From positions 1,664,001 to 1,728,000 of the forward strand of contig OZ250172.1 of NCBI GenBank assembly GCA_965237905.1: a stretch of 64,000 bases of DNA. The letters are read 5' to 3'. The position numbers and the translations under genes are program-made. Below, in pieces: positions 18,897 through 29,249 of the stretch. A model generated the notes under the pieces. That model was given only the letters and a program-made list of their open reading frames with translations, was not told where the DNA came from and did no database searches. This DNA comes from Nitrospinaceae bacterium (GTDB lineage: Bacteria; Nitrospinota; Nitrospinia; Nitrospinales; Nitrospinaceae). Numbering within the stretch: position 1 is the first letter of the stretch; each line of letters starts with the position of its first letter.

Positions 18897-20699
18897 TTAT
18901 TTTTCGGGCGTCGCGGGCTGGGCGTCATCTGTCGTGGAATCGGAATTGCGAGGACTTAACAGGGAGCGTTCCTGTGGAAGAAAAACGTCGAAACAGGTGC
19001 CGCGGCCCGGCTCGCTTTCCACACCGATGTAGCCGGCAAACCGTTCCACAATCTGCCTGACCGTCGGCAGACCCAATCCCACGCCTTCTTCGCGAGTGGT
19101 GAAAAAGGGGTCGAAGATGCTTTCCAGTTCCTCCGGAGGAATGCCTCGGCCCTGGTCTTCCACGATGACCACCACTCCCCGCCGATTCGTTTCAAACTTC
19201 TTGTGTTGGTATCCTTCTACCTTTTTAATAGTCATCGTCAGGTTACCCGATTTATCCATGGCTTGGACTCCATTGATGCACAGGTTCCATATCATTTGCT
19301 TGATTTGGGCTTCTTCGCTCTGAATGATGATATGTTCAGGCGGAGCCACCAATTGGATATTAATACTCGGGTCATATTCATTACTGTTTTTCAGGAGAGT
19401 GACGATGTCCTGGAGCAATTGCGTTAAATCAATGACCGTGGCCTTGCTTTTCCGTGGCTGGGCATAGGACAGAAAATCGGTGACGATACCGTTGACCCGC
19501 TCTGTCTCCTTGAGAACAATATTCATCAACCGTTGCTGTTCTTCGTCGATTTTCAGAGTTGATTGCAGTACCTGAATGGAACCGCTGAGAGAAGCCAGGG
19601 GATTACGGATTTCATGGGCCAGGCCCGCAGAGAATTTCCCCACCGCCGCCAATTGCTCCGACTGTTTCATTTTCTCTTCCATATTATGGATCTCGGTCCG
19701 GTCTTCAAATACGCAAACATATCCTTCCACCTGCTGTTCCAGATTCTTTTTGGCATCCGCTTCCAGGCTTAACAGGTGACTGATTTTCATAGAGATCAAT
19801 ATGATTTCATCATCCCGCCTGACGCATTCTCCCTCCATATGATGGGGCATGGAGAATTGCTTTTCCTTATCCTTGAACAAATCAACCAACTCTCTCATGG
19901 GCAACAATTGATAACAATGCTTACCAATCGATTCATCCAGAGGAAATCCGGTAATACTTTCACAGGCAATGTTGACAGAAGTGATGCGTCCTTCAAGATC
20001 GGTGGTCATCAATCCGGTGACCATATTCTGGACCACATTTCGGTGAAACTCCTGAAGTTTTTTGAAATCGATATCTTTGGTCTGAAGTTCGTCTTTGATG
20101 AGTCTCAAGCGATTATTGAGGATACTACTGAGATACGCTACAGCAAAAAAGGAAGCGACATTGACCGCAATGGTGTAAAAAAGATAGGCCCCTTGAAAGG
20201 ACACAGTGGATTTGGGGAAAAAATAAATCGGTTGAATCACCCTGAAGTATTCCAGGTCAACCAGCAGGCCATAAATGATACTGGCTCCGGATGCGGTGAG
20301 ATAACTTGCCGCCCTGGGAAGCATGACGCTGGAGCCGACGATGACAAACAAGAACAAAAAGGAAAGAGGGCTTTCCACTCCCCCTGTCGCGAATATAATG
20401 CCACCGACCACGCACAGATCCCCCAAGACCTGGAACCAGGCTACCGACAGCAGATTCATTCCTATACGCAGGAAAAGGGCGCTGGTCAGCGCTAGGAAGT
20501 AAGCGGCGCACAGGACTGCGCTCAGGGGAACAATGGGGGTTTCCTGGAGGGAATTGCGCTCAAAGGCTATGACTAATAGAACGAACCCGGTCAGGAAAAC
20601 GATCCTCAAAACCATGGTCGTTTTGACCCGAAGGAGAAGTTCCTTATCCGGGTTTTCCCGCATTGGATTCATAGCGTTACCAGGCGGGAACAAAGCCAT
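18897..20699 (-). CDS. pilS: PAS-domain sensor histidine kinase, PilS-like
   Basis: Multi-TM N-terminus, PAS, AHEIRNPLAS, DQGRGI, FDPFFTT, GLGL; follows pilC. Confidence 0.8.
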   Translation of the reverse strand: MALFPPGNAMNPMRENPDKELLLRVKTTMVLRIVFLTGFVLLVIAFERNSLQETPIVPLSAVLCAAYFLALTSALFLRIGMNLLSVAWFQVLGDLCVVGGIIFATGGVESPLSFLFLFVIVGSSVMLPRAASYLTASGASIIYGLLVDLEYFRVIQPIYFFPKSTVSFQGAYLFYTIAVNVASFFAVAYLSSILNNRLRLIKDELQTKDIDFKKLQEFHRNVVQNMVTGLMTTDLEGRITSVNIACESITGFPLDESIGKHCYQLLPMRELVDLFKDKEKQFSMPHHMEGECVRRDDEIILISMKISHLLSLEADAKKNLEQQVEGYVCVFEDRTEIHNMEEKMKQSEQLAAVGKFSAGLAHEIRNPLASLSGSIQVLQSTLKIDEEQQRLMNIVLKETERVNGIVTDFLSYAQPRKSKATVIDLTQLLQDIVTLLKNSNEYDPSINIQLVAPPEHIIIQSEEAQIKQMIWNLCINGVQAMDKSGNLTMTIKKVEGYQHKKFETNRRGVVVIVEDQGRGIPPEELESIFDPFFTTREEGVGLGLPTVRQIVERFAGYIGVESEPGRGTCFDVFLPQERSLLSPRNSDSTTDDAQPATPEK

Positions 20700-20739
20700 T
20701 CATTGATGGAGCCCCTTCCGGCCTTTGGATATGGAGGAA

Positions 20740-21933
20740 TTAAATGGTTTCGCCCATTTTGAAGATGGGAAGATACATCGCCACCACGATAAAACCAACT
20801 ATGATGCCCAGAAAAACCATCAGCGCGGGTTCGAGTAGAGCGGTCAAATTATCAACAGCGGTATCCACTTCTTCGTCATAAAAATCGGCGATTTTGGACA
20901 ACATGGCGTCCAGGGCACCGGCCGACTCACCGACATCGATCATCTGGATAACCATTGCGGGAAAAACGTTTTCACGGGCAAGCGGGGCGGCGATGGTTTC
21001 ACCCTCTTTGATGGCTTCAATCGTGTTCAAAATGGCCATCTCGACAATCTTGTTTCCCGAAGTCCGGGCACAGATATCCATTCCCTCAATCAAAGGAACG
21101 CCGCTGGAGATAAGGGTTCCCAATGTCCGGGCAAATTTGGCCGTCGATACTTTACGAATGAGTATGCCCACAACAGGAAGTTTCAAGAAAATCCGATCGA
21201 TTTCAATGTTACCCCGTTCTGTGGCATATACTTTTTTGAATAAAATGTAAAATAGAACAGGCCCGAAGAGAATGAAATACCATTGGTTCCTGAAAAAATT
21301 ACTGATGTTCATTACCAGCGCAGTGGGTCCGGGCAGTTCCGCACCTCCGCTTGAAAACATGGTGGCAAAAGTGGGAATAACGAAGTACATCAGAAACGCC
21401 ACAACTACGAAGGCAACCGTGACAATGGCTCCGGGGTAGACCATGGCGGATTTAACTTTCTTTTTCAGAGCCAGCGCTTTTTCAATGTAGTTCGCCAACC
21501 GGCTTAAGATGGTATCCAGAATACCCCCGGCTTCTCCGGCCTCCACCAGGTTGGCATATAAGGCATTGAACACTTTCGGATGCTTTCTCATGGCATCGGA
21601 AAGGTTACTGCCGGATTCAATATCGGTTTTAATTTTCATGATGACTTCGCCGAAGGACGGATTGTCGGATTGCTTTCCCAAAATTTCCAGGCATTGCACC
21701 AGGGGAAGGCCCGCGTCTACCATCGTGGAAAATTGGCGGGTGAAGATTACAATATCCCGCTCGGTAATCGGCTTTTTATTGCTGAGGAAATCGCTTTGAA
21801 ATTTCTTCTTAACGCTGGTGACCTTAATGTTCTTCTGCTTCAACTTCGAAATAGCACCCTGTTCGTCATCGGCTTCTATCTCGCCGCTTTGAACCTTTCC
21901 CTTGATCGTTGTCTTGTATTTATATGTCGGCAT
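20740..21933 (-). CDS. pilC: Type IV pilus platform protein (T2SS F family)
   Basis: FTRQFSTMVDAGLPL, AGEAGGILD, KVKSAMVYP, AMYLPIF. Confidence 0.95.
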   Translation of the reverse strand: MPTYKYKTTIKGKVQSGEIEADDEQGAISKLKQKNIKVTSVKKKFQSDFLSNKKPITERDIVIFTRQFSTMVDAGLPLVQCLEILGKQSDNPSFGEVIMKIKTDIESGSNLSDAMRKHPKVFNALYANLVEAGEAGGILDTILSRLANYIEKALALKKKVKSAMVYPGAIVTVAFVVVAFLMYFVIPTFATMFSSGGAELPGPTALVMNISNFFRNQWYFILFGPVLFYILFKKVYATERGNIEIDRIFLKLPVVGILIRKVSTAKFARTLGTLISSGVPLIEGMDICARTSGNKIVEMAILNTIEAIKEGETIAAPLARENVFPAMVIQMIDVGESAGALDAMLSKIADFYDEEVDTAVDNLTALLEPALMVFLGIIVGFIVVAMYLPIFKMGETI

Positions 21934-21947
21934 ATCCTATTTGAATC

Positions 21948-22367
21948 CTAATGTTGCGATGAAAAAGAGGAAATAATACTACGCGTTTTCCCCAGTTCCA
22001 GACCTATCTTGGATAATTGGTCACTGGTATACCGCAACCGGTCGACCAGGGCTTTGACAATAGCCCGAACATCCTCTGGAAGTTTGGTTACAATAGCTTC
22101 AAATTGTTCTCTTTCAATCACCCCGATGGTCACGTTGCCCACCGCCACCACGCTGGCGCTTCTGACAGACTGGGAAATCAAACCCATTTCTCCAAATACC
22201 TCACCTTTGCTCAAGGTATTGATCAGAATACTTTTCTTGTCCACCTTTTTGGTGATGTTTACTTTTCCTTCAAAAATAATATAGGCATTATTGCTGACAA
22301 TACCTTCCGAAACAATAATATCGCCATTGGAGTATCTTTGAATATTTGGAGTTTCTTGAAATGACAT
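21948..22367 (-). CDS. Stand-alone cyclic-nucleotide-binding domain protein
   Basis: GEVFGEMGLI...RSASVVA phosphate-binding cassette, no HTH. Confidence 0.88.
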   Translation of the reverse strand: MSFQETPNIQRYSNGDIIVSEGIVSNNAYIIFEGKVNITKKVDKKSILINTLSKGEVFGEMGLISQSVRSASVVAVGNVTIGVIEREQFEAIVTKLPEDVRAIVKALVDRLRYTSDQLSKIGLELGKTRSIISSFSSQH

Positions 22368-22369
22368 GA

Positions 22370-23020
22370 TTAAAGTTTTCCGAGAGCAGTCATCGTTTCT
22401 CTATAAACTTTATAAAATGTATCATTATCTCCAATCGACTTCTTCAAAATCGTTTCCAGCTGGTCGAAATCACTTTGATTGATGGCCAAATTAACACTAT
22501 AGGCCAGGGCTTCCATATTATCCATGGTTTTAAAGTTTTCACCCACCATGACAACAAATGTCTTGCGCCGGGTATCCATGGACATATCCCTGATGAATTC
22601 ATAGAGAGGGCTGGTCTCTAAAGTAGAGTCCCCAAATTTTTCATGAAATGCAACCACATGATATTGATTGAATCTCAGCTTATGAACCGCATGTTCAGGG
22701 GATTTGGCTCTTTGAAGTTTATACTCCAATTCGGTTAAAGCAGTGGTCCAGAGATCGTCATTTTTCCGATCGAGAATAAGCGCGATCTTGTCGTGCTCGT
22801 CGTAGATTTCAATTTCTTCTTCGTCGTCCTGAAAATCCTCATCGACCAACATGGAGGTGGCATCCAAGGATCCAGGATCCGACGCCGGGGGCTTTAAATG
22901 CTGGTCCACCCGCATTTTGGTCTTGCAACTGGGGCAGGTCAGACTAAATGCCTGTCCTTTGGGGATTTTATTATCGGGTATATTGATTTCTCTGGCGCAA
23001 CTGGAACATCCTACCTGCAT
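22370..23020 (-). CDS. Zinc-ribbon domain protein with C-terminal alpha/beta domain
   Basis: CSSC...IPDNKIP...CPSC N-terminal finger, acidic linker. Confidence 0.8.
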   Translation of the reverse strand: MQVGCSSCAREINIPDNKIPKGQAFSLTCPSCKTKMRVDQHLKPPASDPGSLDATSMLVDEDFQDDEEEIEIYDEHDKIALILDRKNDDLWTTALTELEYKLQRAKSPEHAVHKLRFNQYHVVAFHEKFGDSTLETSPLYEFIRDMSMDTRRKTFVVMVGENFKTMDNMEALAYSVNLAINQSDFDQLETILKKSIGDNDTFYKVYRETMTALGKL

Positions 23021-23047
23021 ACCAATATCTCCAAAAGGCGGGCTCGA

Positions 23048-24250
23048 TCAGGCCCGTTTCCTCTTTTTAAGTTTAATCTTATTGGTGGTTGCTTTTGTAT
23101 AGCTTTCATCCATGGCAAGACCTTCAATATCCGTGGTTTTCTCACCTTTGCTGGCTTTGATACTGTCAATACCACGGGCCACTATCGCTCTACGGGTTGC
23201 GTAGCCTCTGGCCGTTCGCTCAGAAATCAGACCTTGTGCATACAACTTGACAATGTGCTGATCGAAGGTCCACATGCCGTAGGCATCGCCATCTCTAACG
23301 ATGTCATAAAAAGTTTTGTCTTCGGTTTCGCCATTCAGAATCGTATCTTTCACCCGCATATTGTTATTCATGATTTCGAGCAGAGCAATGCGTCCTCCGC
23401 CTTCTTTGGGCACCAGCCTTTGACTGATAACCCACTGCAAAGAATCGGCCAGGCGAATACGAATCGTCTGTTCCTCATCCTGGTTGAACATACCGATAAT
23501 CCGGTTAATGGTTTGACCGGCGTCAACGGTATGCAACGTACTCATGACCAAATGCCCGGTTTCGGCGGCGCTCATGCCGATTTCGACCGTTTCCCGGTCA
23601 CGCATTTCACCCACCAGAATGACTTTGGGCGCCTGACGCAAAGCGGCCCTGAGACCTGAGGAGAAGGTATCAAAGTCGCTCCCCAGTTCCCTCTGGTTGA
23701 AAGTGGCCTTAAGATGAGGGTGTACAAATTCCACCGGGTCTTCCAGGGTAATGATATGCACGGATTTTTCATGGTTGATCTTGTTGAGCAGAGCCGCCAG
23801 AGTGGTGGTTTTACCACTACCAGTGGCACCCGTTACCAGAACCAATCCGTTTTTCTCTTCCGCGGCTTTGCCAAACTGCGGCGGCAGTTTTAATTCTTCA
23901 ATCGAGGGAATCCGGGTTCCCAGTTTTCTTAAAACAATACTGTAACTGCCGCGTTGGGAAAAAATATTGACACGGAAACGGGCTTTGCCCTGGATAAAAT
24001 ACGAACAATCACAGGAGCCACTCTTAAGAATGATTTCCGTCAGCCGCCGGTCCGAGTTGATCAGGTTCAAGGCGATCACCTCGGCCTGAAATGGGGTTAT
24101 TTTCGGGACCGGAGGATGCACTTTGACTTGCGTTAACTTACCATTGGCTTCCACCTGGAAAGGCTGGCCGACGGTAATATTGAGGTCGGAGATGTTGCCA
24201 TAGGACTCCAACATGGTCGTCAAAAGGTAATCTACTTCTGCTTTTCTCAT
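23048..24250 (-). CDS. pilU: PilT/PilU-family retraction ATPase (second copy)
   Basis: GATGSGKTTT, TLEDPVEF, ALRQAPKVILVGEMRD, GHLVMSTLHT. Confidence 0.85.
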   Translation of the reverse strand: MRKAEVDYLLTTMLESYGNISDLNITVGQPFQVEANGKLTQVKVHPPVPKITPFQAEVIALNLINSDRRLTEIILKSGSCDCSYFIQGKARFRVNIFSQRGSYSIVLRKLGTRIPSIEELKLPPQFGKAAEEKNGLVLVTGATGSGKTTTLAALLNKINHEKSVHIITLEDPVEFVHPHLKATFNQRELGSDFDTFSSGLRAALRQAPKVILVGEMRDRETVEIGMSAAETGHLVMSTLHTVDAGQTINRIIGMFNQDEEQTIRIRLADSLQWVISQRLVPKEGGGRIALLEIMNNNMRVKDTILNGETEDKTFYDIVRDGDAYGMWTFDQHIVKLYAQGLISERTARGYATRRAIVARGIDSIKASKGEKTTDIEGLAMDESYTKATTNKIKLKKRKRA

Positions 24251-24257
24251 AAGTTTC

Positions 24258-25331
24258 CTATAAAAATTCCGGCGGCTCTTTCAGGAATTGGACAAACCGT
24301 TCTTTGACGATGGACTTGTCATAGGCGTCTTCCGGGCTGATTTTCTTGGCCTGCATGGCTTCCAGTATGGCGTCGTCCAAAGACTGCATGCCGTATTTTT
24401 TACCGGTCTGAATCACTGAGGGAATCTGGAAAGTCTTTCCCTCACGAATCAGGTTGGATGTCGCCGGAGTGACCACCAGAATTTCCAGGACCGCGATCCG
24501 GCCTTTCTTGTCGATCCGCTTGAACAGGTTCTGGGCCACTACTCCTTTTAAACTCTCAGACAGAGTGGTGCGAATTTGTGCTTGCTGGTTCGCAGGGAAT
24601 ACGTCGATCACACGATCCACGGTTTTGGCAGCGCTCTGAGTATGCAGAGTGCCGAAGACCAAGTGACCCGTGGAGGCCGCTTCCAATGCCAGTTCGATGG
24701 TTTCCAGATCCCGCATTTCACCGACCAGAATGATGTCCGGGTCTTCACGCAGAGCACCCCGCAACGCGGCTTTAAAACTTTGCGTGTGCATGCCCACCTC
24801 GCGATGGTTGACCACACAGCCCTGGCTTTTATGAACAAACTCGACAGGATCTTCAACGGTGAGGATATGGGACTTTTTATTCCGGTTGACATAGTCCATC
24901 ATCGCCGCCAGAGTGGTGGACTTACCGCTACCGGTGGGCCCCGTCACCAAAACCAATCCTTTGTGTAACATCGCCAGCTTATTGAGCACGGGCGGCAAAC
25001 CCAACTGCTCCGCCGTCAGAATTTCACTGGGAATTTCACGGAAAACCGCACCGATGCCCCACTTCTGCTGAAACAAGTTGCACCGGTAGCGGGCAAGATT
25101 GGGAACTTCGTAACCAAAATCGATGTCTCCCGTTTCTTCAAACACCTTGATTTTGTTTTCCGGACAAATCTCATAAAGAATGGCCTTCAGTTCGTCATTC
25201 TCCATGAGTTTGTATTTGACCCGTTCCAGTTCCCCATGAACGCGCAATATAGGTTGAGAACCGGAAACCAGGTGGAGGTCGGATGCCCCCTGATCATTCA
25301 TCAATTTAAAAAATGCGTCAATTTTTGCCAT
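24258..25331 (-). CDS. pilT: Type IV pilus retraction ATPase
   Basis: ASDLHL, GPTGSGKSTT, ALREDPDIILVGEMRD, NLIREGK, GMQ. Confidence 0.93.
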   Translation of the reverse strand: MAKIDAFFKLMNDQGASDLHLVSGSQPILRVHGELERVKYKLMENDELKAILYEICPENKIKVFEETGDIDFGYEVPNLARYRCNLFQQKWGIGAVFREIPSEILTAEQLGLPPVLNKLAMLHKGLVLVTGPTGSGKSTTLAAMMDYVNRNKKSHILTVEDPVEFVHKSQGCVVNHREVGMHTQSFKAALRGALREDPDIILVGEMRDLETIELALEAASTGHLVFGTLHTQSAAKTVDRVIDVFPANQQAQIRTTLSESLKGVVAQNLFKRIDKKGRIAVLEILVVTPATSNLIREGKTFQIPSVIQTGKKYGMQSLDDAILEAMQAKKISPEDAYDKSIVKERFVQFLKEPPEFL

Positions 25332-25337
25332 AGAGGG

Positions 25338-26324
25338 TTAATTCAGCTGTTCTGCGTTAACGGTTAGGTTTCGAATTACATTGTCCGGACTTTCCGGCAA
25401 ATCCAACTGCTGATCATTCAAGATCAATTGGGTGGCCCGCCGGTTGCCAATGGTCATCACGATCGCGTTTTTTGCCTGGATCGTTTTAGACCCACCCGGC
25501 GGCAAAATGAAATCCTGATCACGTTGATCATCGACCCTCAGGTTAAACCACGAATTCTCGTTCACCTGGATCACCAGTTTTAACGATGAATCCCCCATAG
25601 CTACCTCAGTAGCGGGTTCCATCAGCATCGGAACTGTTTGATCTTGAAGGTCTTTAATTATAACATCTTTTTCAGGAACTGTAACTGTATTTTTAATAGA
25701 CTCTTTGACCCCTGTGGCCTCGGCGGAAGCATTATCTGAGTTCACCTTTACCGGGGGTTCTGACGACCCGGCGGTATCCGTCTGGTTGGATTCGGGGGCG
25801 GGACCCGCTTCTGAAAGCGAGGCGCTTGCTTCCTCTGAAGCAGTGGATCCGGCCTCGCCTTCAATCTCTGGCAAACTGTTATCGATCATCGTTGGGGTTG
25901 CCAACCGGGTCTGCTCGGATTGCCCTGCATTATCAACATTTTCGGAGGTGATCCAGTAAACTCCACCAACAATAATCAATAACGTCGCCCCAAACCCTAG
26001 AATAGCCTTCATCGGGTACTCGAAGTGGCGTTCGGAGGGTTCCTCGGGAAGGGATATGGCAGTATGAGAGGTTTCGGTGTCTTGGCGCTTACTGCTGGAT
26101 TCATGGTAGGCCGCCAACAATTCGTCCACATTCGACCCTATTGCCTGGCCATAAGACCGGATAAACCCCTTAATAAACACTTCCCCCGGCAGATCCTCGA
26201 ACCGGCTTTCCTCGAGAGCCCGAAGAAAACGAATGCTGATTTTAGTGGATTGAGCGATCTCGTCCAGCGGAACCCCACGCAGTTCTCTCTCATGCTTTAA
26301 ATAGGATCCAAAATCTTCAGACAT
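25338..26324 (-). CDS. rodZ: RodZ-like HTH/DUF4115 membrane protein
   Basis: N-terminal HTH FGSYLKHERE...FIKGFIRSY, one TM, C-terminal SWFNLRVD...IGN domain. Confidence 0.85.
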   Translation of the reverse strand: MSEDFGSYLKHERELRGVPLDEIAQSTKISIRFLRALEESRFEDLPGEVFIKGFIRSYGQAIGSNVDELLAAYHESSSKRQDTETSHTAISLPEEPSERHFEYPMKAILGFGATLLIIVGGVYWITSENVDNAGQSEQTRLATPTMIDNSLPEIEGEAGSTASEEASASLSEAGPAPESNQTDTAGSSEPPVKVNSDNASAEATGVKESIKNTVTVPEKDVIIKDLQDQTVPMLMEPATEVAMGDSSLKLVIQVNENSWFNLRVDDQRDQDFILPPGGSKTIQAKNAIVMTIGNRRATQLILNDQQLDLPESPDNVIRNLTVNAEQLN

Positions 26325-26325
26325 A

Positions 26326-27120
26326 TTATTTTTTTACGGACAATGTATTTAAGATTTTCTGCGAAGCCCTGGCCTGTTCACTCAAAGGTTCCAAATGGAT
26401 GACTTCACTAAAATGCTCCTTGGCCTTCCTAAATTTGTTACGTTTGTAGTAGATCTCGCCTAATGCAAAATGAGCGCTGGGCAACTTGGGGTTCATCTCC
26501 AACGCCTTCAGAAGAGAGGCTTGAGCCAAGTCCAGACGATTTCCTTCTTTGTAAATCAGCGCCAAATTCAAACGAACCTTGTCGTTGTCATTAATGTCCA
26601 ACGCCCTCAGCCAGGCCTTTTCTGCCTTGGACAGATCACCTTTCCGGTATTCACTGTAGGCCAGCCAATTATAAAGTTAAACGGGGTTGATCACATTGGG
26701 TTGATTCAAAGCCTGCATCAAATAATGAGTTGCATCGTTCCACTGGCCTTTCTGCATATACAATCGGCCCAGCATACGATAGGTGACCGTATATTGCGGA
26801 TCGGCTTTAATAGCGCTCAGGTACATTTTTTCAGCTTTATCAAGCTTCTCGTCTTTAAAATAGGCATCGCCCAGCCCGAGCCGATAGAGGGGTTCTTTCG
26901 GCGCCATCCGGATCGCCTCCATCAGTTTTTTGTATTTTTCTTTCTTCGAATTCCCGGGGTTTTGAGATTCTTCATACTTCAGCTGGGCCATAAGTCTTTT
27001 TTCTCCGGAACTGGTAGCGCAACCTCCTGACAACACGAGGAGTCCTGCTAAAACTGAAAGCGGGAACCAGATTCTCAATGGCAAAGCATTTTGGGAATGT
27101 GTATTCATAGATTTCCTCAT
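26326..27120 (-). pseudogene. PilF/PilW-like TPR lipoprotein interrupted by an in-frame TAA at 26677-26679
   Basis: Lipobox LSGGC. The frame continues without shift after the stop (NPV*LYNWLAYSEYRKGDLSKAEKAWLRALDIND...) into ORF 26326-26601. Lies upstream of rodZ. Confidence 0.8.
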
Positions 27121-27362
27121 ATTTGATATAAATAAATTAGATCAATTATATCAAATACTTAATAATATACAACCAATTCGAGGTACAGGTTGTGGAAATG
27201 TAAATATGATAATAGATTAACCGAAAATCCGGAAGGGGTGGAAATAAATTTTAAAGAAAAAACTCGCAGGGGAGTTCCCGAAAAAATAGCCCATACAAAC
27301 AAAAATGCCCTCCCCATTTTGAAGGGGAGGGCTCATAATTCAATCGGCAATAAATTGGAGAT

Positions 27363-28370
27363 TTACGTCAAAACCGTCTTCGCGGAATAGATCATGTTCT
27401 GTAGCCCGTTGATGGAATCTTCCACCGCAGTGGCCTCATAACCGCAATGAGCCGTGCAGTCTTTACACTTTTCATGATTGCGATGGCCGTACTTTTCCCA
27501 TTCCGTCTCGTCCATCAGCTCCTGGAACGATTCCGCGTAACCTTCATCCAGCAGGTAACAGGGCTTCTGCCACCCCAGAACCGAATAGCTGGGATTGCCC
27601 CAGGGCGTGCAATCGTAATCGCGTTTGCCTTCCAGAAATTCGAGGTAAAAAGGGGAATGGTTGAAATTCCAGCGGCCGTTATCGTTTTTCGCCAATAACT
27701 CTTTGAAAAATTCCTGGGTCCGTTCCCGGCCGAAAAAATTATTCTGCGTAGGCGCATCCGGGTATTGAAAGGCGGAAGCCACCGTCATCCCGTCGATGTT
27801 CAAAGGCTGAACATGGTCGAGAAATTTTTCGGCTTCCTCCACCGTCACCCCGTCAAAAAACGTGGTGTTGGTAGTAACGCGAAACCCTTTTTGTTTGGCC
27901 AGTTTGATGGCGTCAATGGCTTTGTCGTACACGCCTTCTTCCGCACAGATATGATCGTGATGTTCCTGCATACCGTCGAGATGAATGGAGAACGTCAGGA
28001 GCGAGGTTTTGGGCATCTGGTCGATATAGCGGTCCAGTAACAGGGCATTGGTGCACAGATAAACGTAACGGCCCTGATCGACCAATCCCTTGACAATGTC
28101 CACGATCTCGGGATGGATCAGCGGTTCGCCGCCAGCGATCGACACGATCGGGGCGCCGCATTCGTTCGCCGCTTTCATACAGTCCTCAACACTCAGATAT
28201 TTTTTGAGTATCTCGTTGGGCTTCTGGATTTTCCCGCACCCGATACATTCCAGATTGCACCGGAACAACGGCTCCAGCATCAGCACCAGGGGATACTTCT
28301 TGCGCCTCTTCAATTTTTGTTTGAAAAGGTAAAATCCAACTTTAAGCGCTTGCCCTATAGGTATGGCCAT
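27363..28370 (-). CDS. hpnH: Hopanoid biosynthesis radical SAM protein (adenosylhopane synthase)
   Basis: YPLVLMLEPLFRCNLECIGCGKI, SIAGGEPL, CTPWGNP, GWQKPCYLL, CKDCTAHCGYE. Confidence 0.93.
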   Translation of the reverse strand: MAIPIGQALKVGFYLFKQKLKRRKKYPLVLMLEPLFRCNLECIGCGKIQKPNEILKKYLSVEDCMKAANECGAPIVSIAGGEPLIHPEIVDIVKGLVDQGRYVYLCTNALLLDRYIDQMPKTSLLTFSIHLDGMQEHHDHICAEEGVYDKAIDAIKLAKQKGFRVTTNTTFFDGVTVEEAEKFLDHVQPLNIDGMTVASAFQYPDAPTQNNFFGRERTQEFFKELLAKNDNGRWNFNHSPFYLEFLEGKRDYDCTPWGNPSYSVLGWQKPCYLLDEGYAESFQELMDETEWEKYGHRNHEKCKDCTAHCGYEATAVEDSINGLQNMIYSAKTVLT

Positions 28371-28541
28371 ATCTCATCACTTTCAATACATAAATTAGAA
28401 TTCAATAGTTTGATTTAAAAACACCGACTTAAAATCTGTTTGATCGCGCGCTCTAACCTGTTAAAATTCAATCAGGTCAGTTAGTATATACTGAGTCTGT
28501 GAAACCCATCAATAACTTACACATTAAATAAAATTGGGGCC

Positions 28542-28811
28542 GTGGGAAATAAAGCGATCATCAACCCTGGCAGGTTTTCAATCCCAGGGCGCCTCAAGCT
28601 GAGGAATGACACCTTGAAAAAATTTGCCGTCCTGATGGGCCTCATTATTCTTGCCCTTATCATCGACGGAACAATGAGTTACGATATTTTCGATTTCCAC
28701 ACGGAAACGATTAAAGTGTGGCTTGTTGTGGCCCTGATCGTCATTATAGGACTGGTCATCGTGATTGCCGACAGTTCTAAAACAAACAATAATCAGGACA
28801 ACTCCGAGTGA
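28542..28811 (+). CDS. Small two-TM hypothetical protein
   Basis: Two hydrophobic helices; start uncertain. Confidence 0.5.
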   Translation: MGNKAIINPGRFSIPGRLKLRNDTLKKFAVLMGLIILALIIDGTMSYDIFDFHTETIKVWLVVALIVIIGLVIVIADSSKTNNNQDNSE

Positions 28812-29021
28812 TCCTGAACGCCCGCCCCCTTGCTCTCCGATTTCCAGTAACCTCATCAGAAATAAACACTTAATAGGTTGGGTTTTCCAATATAACCTCC
28901 CGGCAGGAATGGAGCAAGGGGTATTTTATACCCCTCCAAACAATTATTTTAAACAGGCTGAATTCAATTGGGAGGATGGCCTATTCGGACAAGGTCGGTT
29001 CCAGCTGATGGTTGGTCACCC

Positions 29022-29249
29022 GGCCAGCGTGACGGCGTCGAATCGCCGCAGATAAATTTAATACCTTATAAATCGCGCCCAACAATTTTCGCCAGCTGTC
29101 AACCGTCAGCAAGTAGCCCCTCCTGCTAAGGAGTTGCCTCCCTCGCTAGAGGGCCGGGCAAGGCCCGGAGCAAACTTTAAACTATGAATTGTGCTCAACG
29201 ATTAACGATGCGATAAAGCTGTCAACCAACTGCCTCCCTCGCTAGAGGG
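29022..29249 (+). repeat. Tandem family A repeats
   Basis: GAATCGCCGC and CCGGGCAAGGCCCGG hairpins, AATTGTGCTCAACGA, duplicated TGCCTCCCTCGCTAGAGGG. Confidence 0.85.
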
